Source: an uncultured archaeon
Lineage (GTDB): Archaea; Asgardarchaeota; Lokiarchaeia; Sigyniarchaeales; SOKP01
Direction of reading: 5' to 3'
Length of the DNA: 39,032 nt
Assembly: GCA_964525635.1 (NCBI GenBank)
Contig: CAZGJX010000029.1
Coordinates: 1-39,032, forward strand
This document shows, piece by piece, positions 38,771-39,032 of the stretch. Made by a program: the position numbers and the translations under genes. A model generated the notes under the pieces. The model was not told the DNA's origin, did not search any database, and saw nothing but the letters and a program-made list of their open reading frames with translations. Numbering within the stretch: the first letter of the stretch is position 1; each line of letters starts with the position of its first letter.

Positions 38771-38940
38771 AAGATATTACAACAACAACTACTACAATCC
38801 CTACTACAACAACTAGCGATACTACATTTCCTATAGATTTAGATGATATCCCTGGATATGATATTTTAATTGTAATTAGCTCTTTAGGACTAGTTGTGAT
38901 GGGGATAATTTTATATAAAAAGAAAAAACACTTTATTTAA
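37426..38940 (+). CDS. surface protein paralog: signal peptide, cohesin-like domain, three Ig-like repeats, Thr-rich linker, PGY-TM-basic sorting signal
   Basis: ISTEIYVNSGTECLSYYDIMLLWNPSIFD...AGPDGF...GFDTSGTGPGERLHILTIEW...GTSSLDI; IPGY + TM + KKKK. Confidence 0.8.
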   Translation: MKKYHKLLIGGLILVFFIIMPISSNNYFININTLKTQYEVGQVWMSESEITAESGEIISTEIYVNSGTECLSYYDIMLLWNPSIFDISDSGYGVQAGPDGFLSSIVYRYGEVIITGFDTSGTGPGERLHILTIEWFVGGDPGTSSLDIIVNELSDSSGSTIGILEGISSVVTNIGPERPHITPPNDIMYEEDMTGNEISWTAYDGEPTNYKIKKDGTIVDSGTWSSGIPITISVDGLIQGSYLYSLKVYDNWGDYTIDNVNVTVSAVEYPIIISNVSDISFEKGMIGNIISWNVTDSFPDEYTITLDGFIEESGQWTSGITIDFNVDSLEVDNHTIIIDLSDKGGHTTINIVYVNILPSSNPIISDASDISFKEGETGNDITWIATDAFPDNYTINIDGTIEETGTWTSNNEIIYNVDNLSEGIHTVIIYIFDKAGNNASDIVIVEVLEDITTTTTTIPTTTTSDTTFPIDLDDIPGYDILIVISSLGLVVMGIILYKKKKHFI

Positions 38941-39032
38941 TTTCTAAAGCAAGTGATCAATAAATAGTTTCTTTCATTTTTTTAATAACATTATCTATGT
39001 AATTCATTTATCTTGCCTTTTTTAGCCTTGAG

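Noticed and set aside
38960-39032. 3' end of a minus-strand gene entering from the right edge
   Set aside because: Only about 13 codons in candidate frames; cannot be assigned.
1-39032. CRISPR arrays, tRNA and rRNA genes, intact transposases or integrases
   Set aside because: No regularly spaced repeats, cloverleaf/TTCGA-arm structures or matching ORFs were found by eye.

Overview
AT-rich archaeal chromosomal window, very likely from an Asgard archaeon (Lokiarchaeia-like). The assignment rests on a Rab/Ras-like GTPase, longin and roadblock proteins, archaeal Spt5, CdhD, IPG[FY]-TM-basic C-terminal sorting signals, GGTGA/GAGG ribosome-binding sites and frequent TTG starts. Housekeeping content: argG, a diaminopimelate lysine cluster (dapA, dapB, lysA, dapF), leuC/leuD-type genes, cdhD, a Hrq1/MrfA-type helicase, acyl-CoA dehydrogenase, enoyl-CoA hydratase, nadC and a class II aldolase. 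Most notable observations: (i) two tandem surface-anchored proteins with a cohesin-like domain on 1 versus 3 Ig-like stalk repeats; (ii) a small GTPase-zinc-ribbon gene inside a LysR / DsrE-TusA sulfur-relay unit, with a LysR-type dyad in the shared promoter; (iii) a +1 frameshift at GGGG-TAA; (iv) a gene with an apparent non-AUG start; (v) a possible tnpB 3'-end (omega-RNA) relic; (vi) an Spt5 with acidic tails among longin, roadblock and Vps29-like genes. No tRNA, rRNA or CRISPR array was seen. All family calls are by eye from motifs, not from database searches.
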